From assembly GCA_011391495.1 (NCBI GenBank), contig JAABQK010000005.1, positions 36,070 to 100,069 of the forward strand: DNA of 64,000 bases. Direction: 5' to 3'. Origin of the DNA: Hydrogenophaga sp. GTDB lineage: Bacteria; Pseudomonadota; Gammaproteobacteria; Burkholderiales; Burkholderiaceae_C. Position numbers and translations under genes: made by a program. Of the stretch, positions 63,275 through 64,000 are shown one piece after another. The notes beneath the pieces were generated by a model, which saw nothing but the letters and a program-made list of their open reading frames with translations, made no database searches and was not told where the DNA came from. Each line of letters begins with the position of its first letter. The first letter of the stretch is position 1.

Positions 63275-64000
63275 TCAACTGCCGGCCACTTTCATGCGGT
63301 TGACCAGGATCGAGCCGACCGTCTTGGCCCCGTAGTTGTAGGCATCGGCGCCCACGGCCTCGATGCCGAGCAACATGTCCTTGAGATTGCCCGCGATGGT
63401 GATCTCGTGCACCGGGTAGGCGATCTCGCCGTTTTCCACCCAATAGCCTGAAGCGCCGCGAGAGTAGTCACCGGTCACGTAGTTCACGCCCTGGCCCATG
63501 AGCTCGGTGACGAAAAGGCCGCGGCCCAGCTTCTTCAGCATCGCTTTCAGGTCGTCGCCGGACTGGGTCAGGCGGCTGGTGAGCGTGAGGTTGTGCGAGC
63601 CGCCGGCGTTGCCGGTGGTGCGCATGCCCAGCTTGCGTGCCGAGTAGGTGGACAGGAAATAGCCCTGCACCTTGCCGGCACTCAGCACCTTGCGCTTGCT
63701 GGTGCGCACCCCTTCGTCGTCGAACGGCGCACTGCCCTTGCCGTTGACGATGTGCGGGTCTTCAACGATGTCGAGGTGCCTGGCCATCACCCGCTTGCCC
63801 AGGCTGTCGTTCAGGAAAGTGGTCTTGCGGTACAGCGCCCCACCGCTGGTGGCCTGCACATAGGCGCCCAGCAGGCCAGCGGCCAGCGGCGACTCGAAGA
63901 GCACCGGGCATTCGGTGGTGGCGATCTTGCGCCCGTTCAGGCGCGCCAGCGCGCGCTCGGCCGCATAACGCCCAATCGCCTGCGGGCTCGCCAGATCCTC
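63275..64000 (-). CDS. pmbA: 3' part of metalloprotease PmbA/TldE; starts beyond the window end
   Basis: PFDDEG, YSARKLG..TTGNAGG, GQGVNYVTGDYSRGA, EITIAGNL. Confidence 0.92.
   Translation of the reverse strand, partial: EDLASPQAIGRYAAERALARLNGRKIATTECPVLFESPLAAGLLGAYVQATSGGALYRKTTFLNDSLGKRVMARHLDIVEDPHIVNGKGSAPFDDEGVRTSKRKVLSAGKVQGYFLSTYSARKLGMRTTGNAGGSHNLTLTSRLTQSGDDLKAMLKKLGRGLFVTELMGQGVNYVTGDYSRGASGYWVENGEIAYPVHEITIAGNLKDMLLGIEAVGADAYNYGAKTVGSILVNRMKVAGS

Overview
High-GC betaproteobacterial chromosome segment (Comamonadaceae-like; inferred from gene content and protein similarity as I recognise it, no search run). Left part is housekeeping: partial dppA-like gene, M19 dipeptidase, gdhA, the complete nuoA-N operon, tRNA-Leu(GAG), secG, tpiA, pnp, rpsO and tsaD. 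A ~32 kb nitrogen block follows (28.2-59.9 kb). It holds denitrification genes (dnr-like regulator, norD, a CcoG-like ferredoxin, norQBC, norEF-like genes, nirS with heme d1 genes, divergent nirE), nitrate assimilation genes (NIT-ANTAR nasR, sigma54 promoter with ANTAR leader, nrtABD, nirBD, nasA, ybiB, cobA) and an orphan sdhB paralogue. The right end carries an HI0933-family flavoprotein, rpsU, yqeY, a DMT transporter and partial pmbA. The most striking unexplained feature is a dispersed ~80-nt multi-hairpin repeat family with 9 copies and compensatory base changes in its stems. Six copies lie just after stop codons in one fixed polarity. Three are translated in frame inside proteins (NirJ N-terminus, ferredoxin C-terminus, Rieske NirD C-terminus). 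No transposase, integrase or CRISPR array is visible. Start codons were chosen by eye from homology and ribosome-binding-site context.
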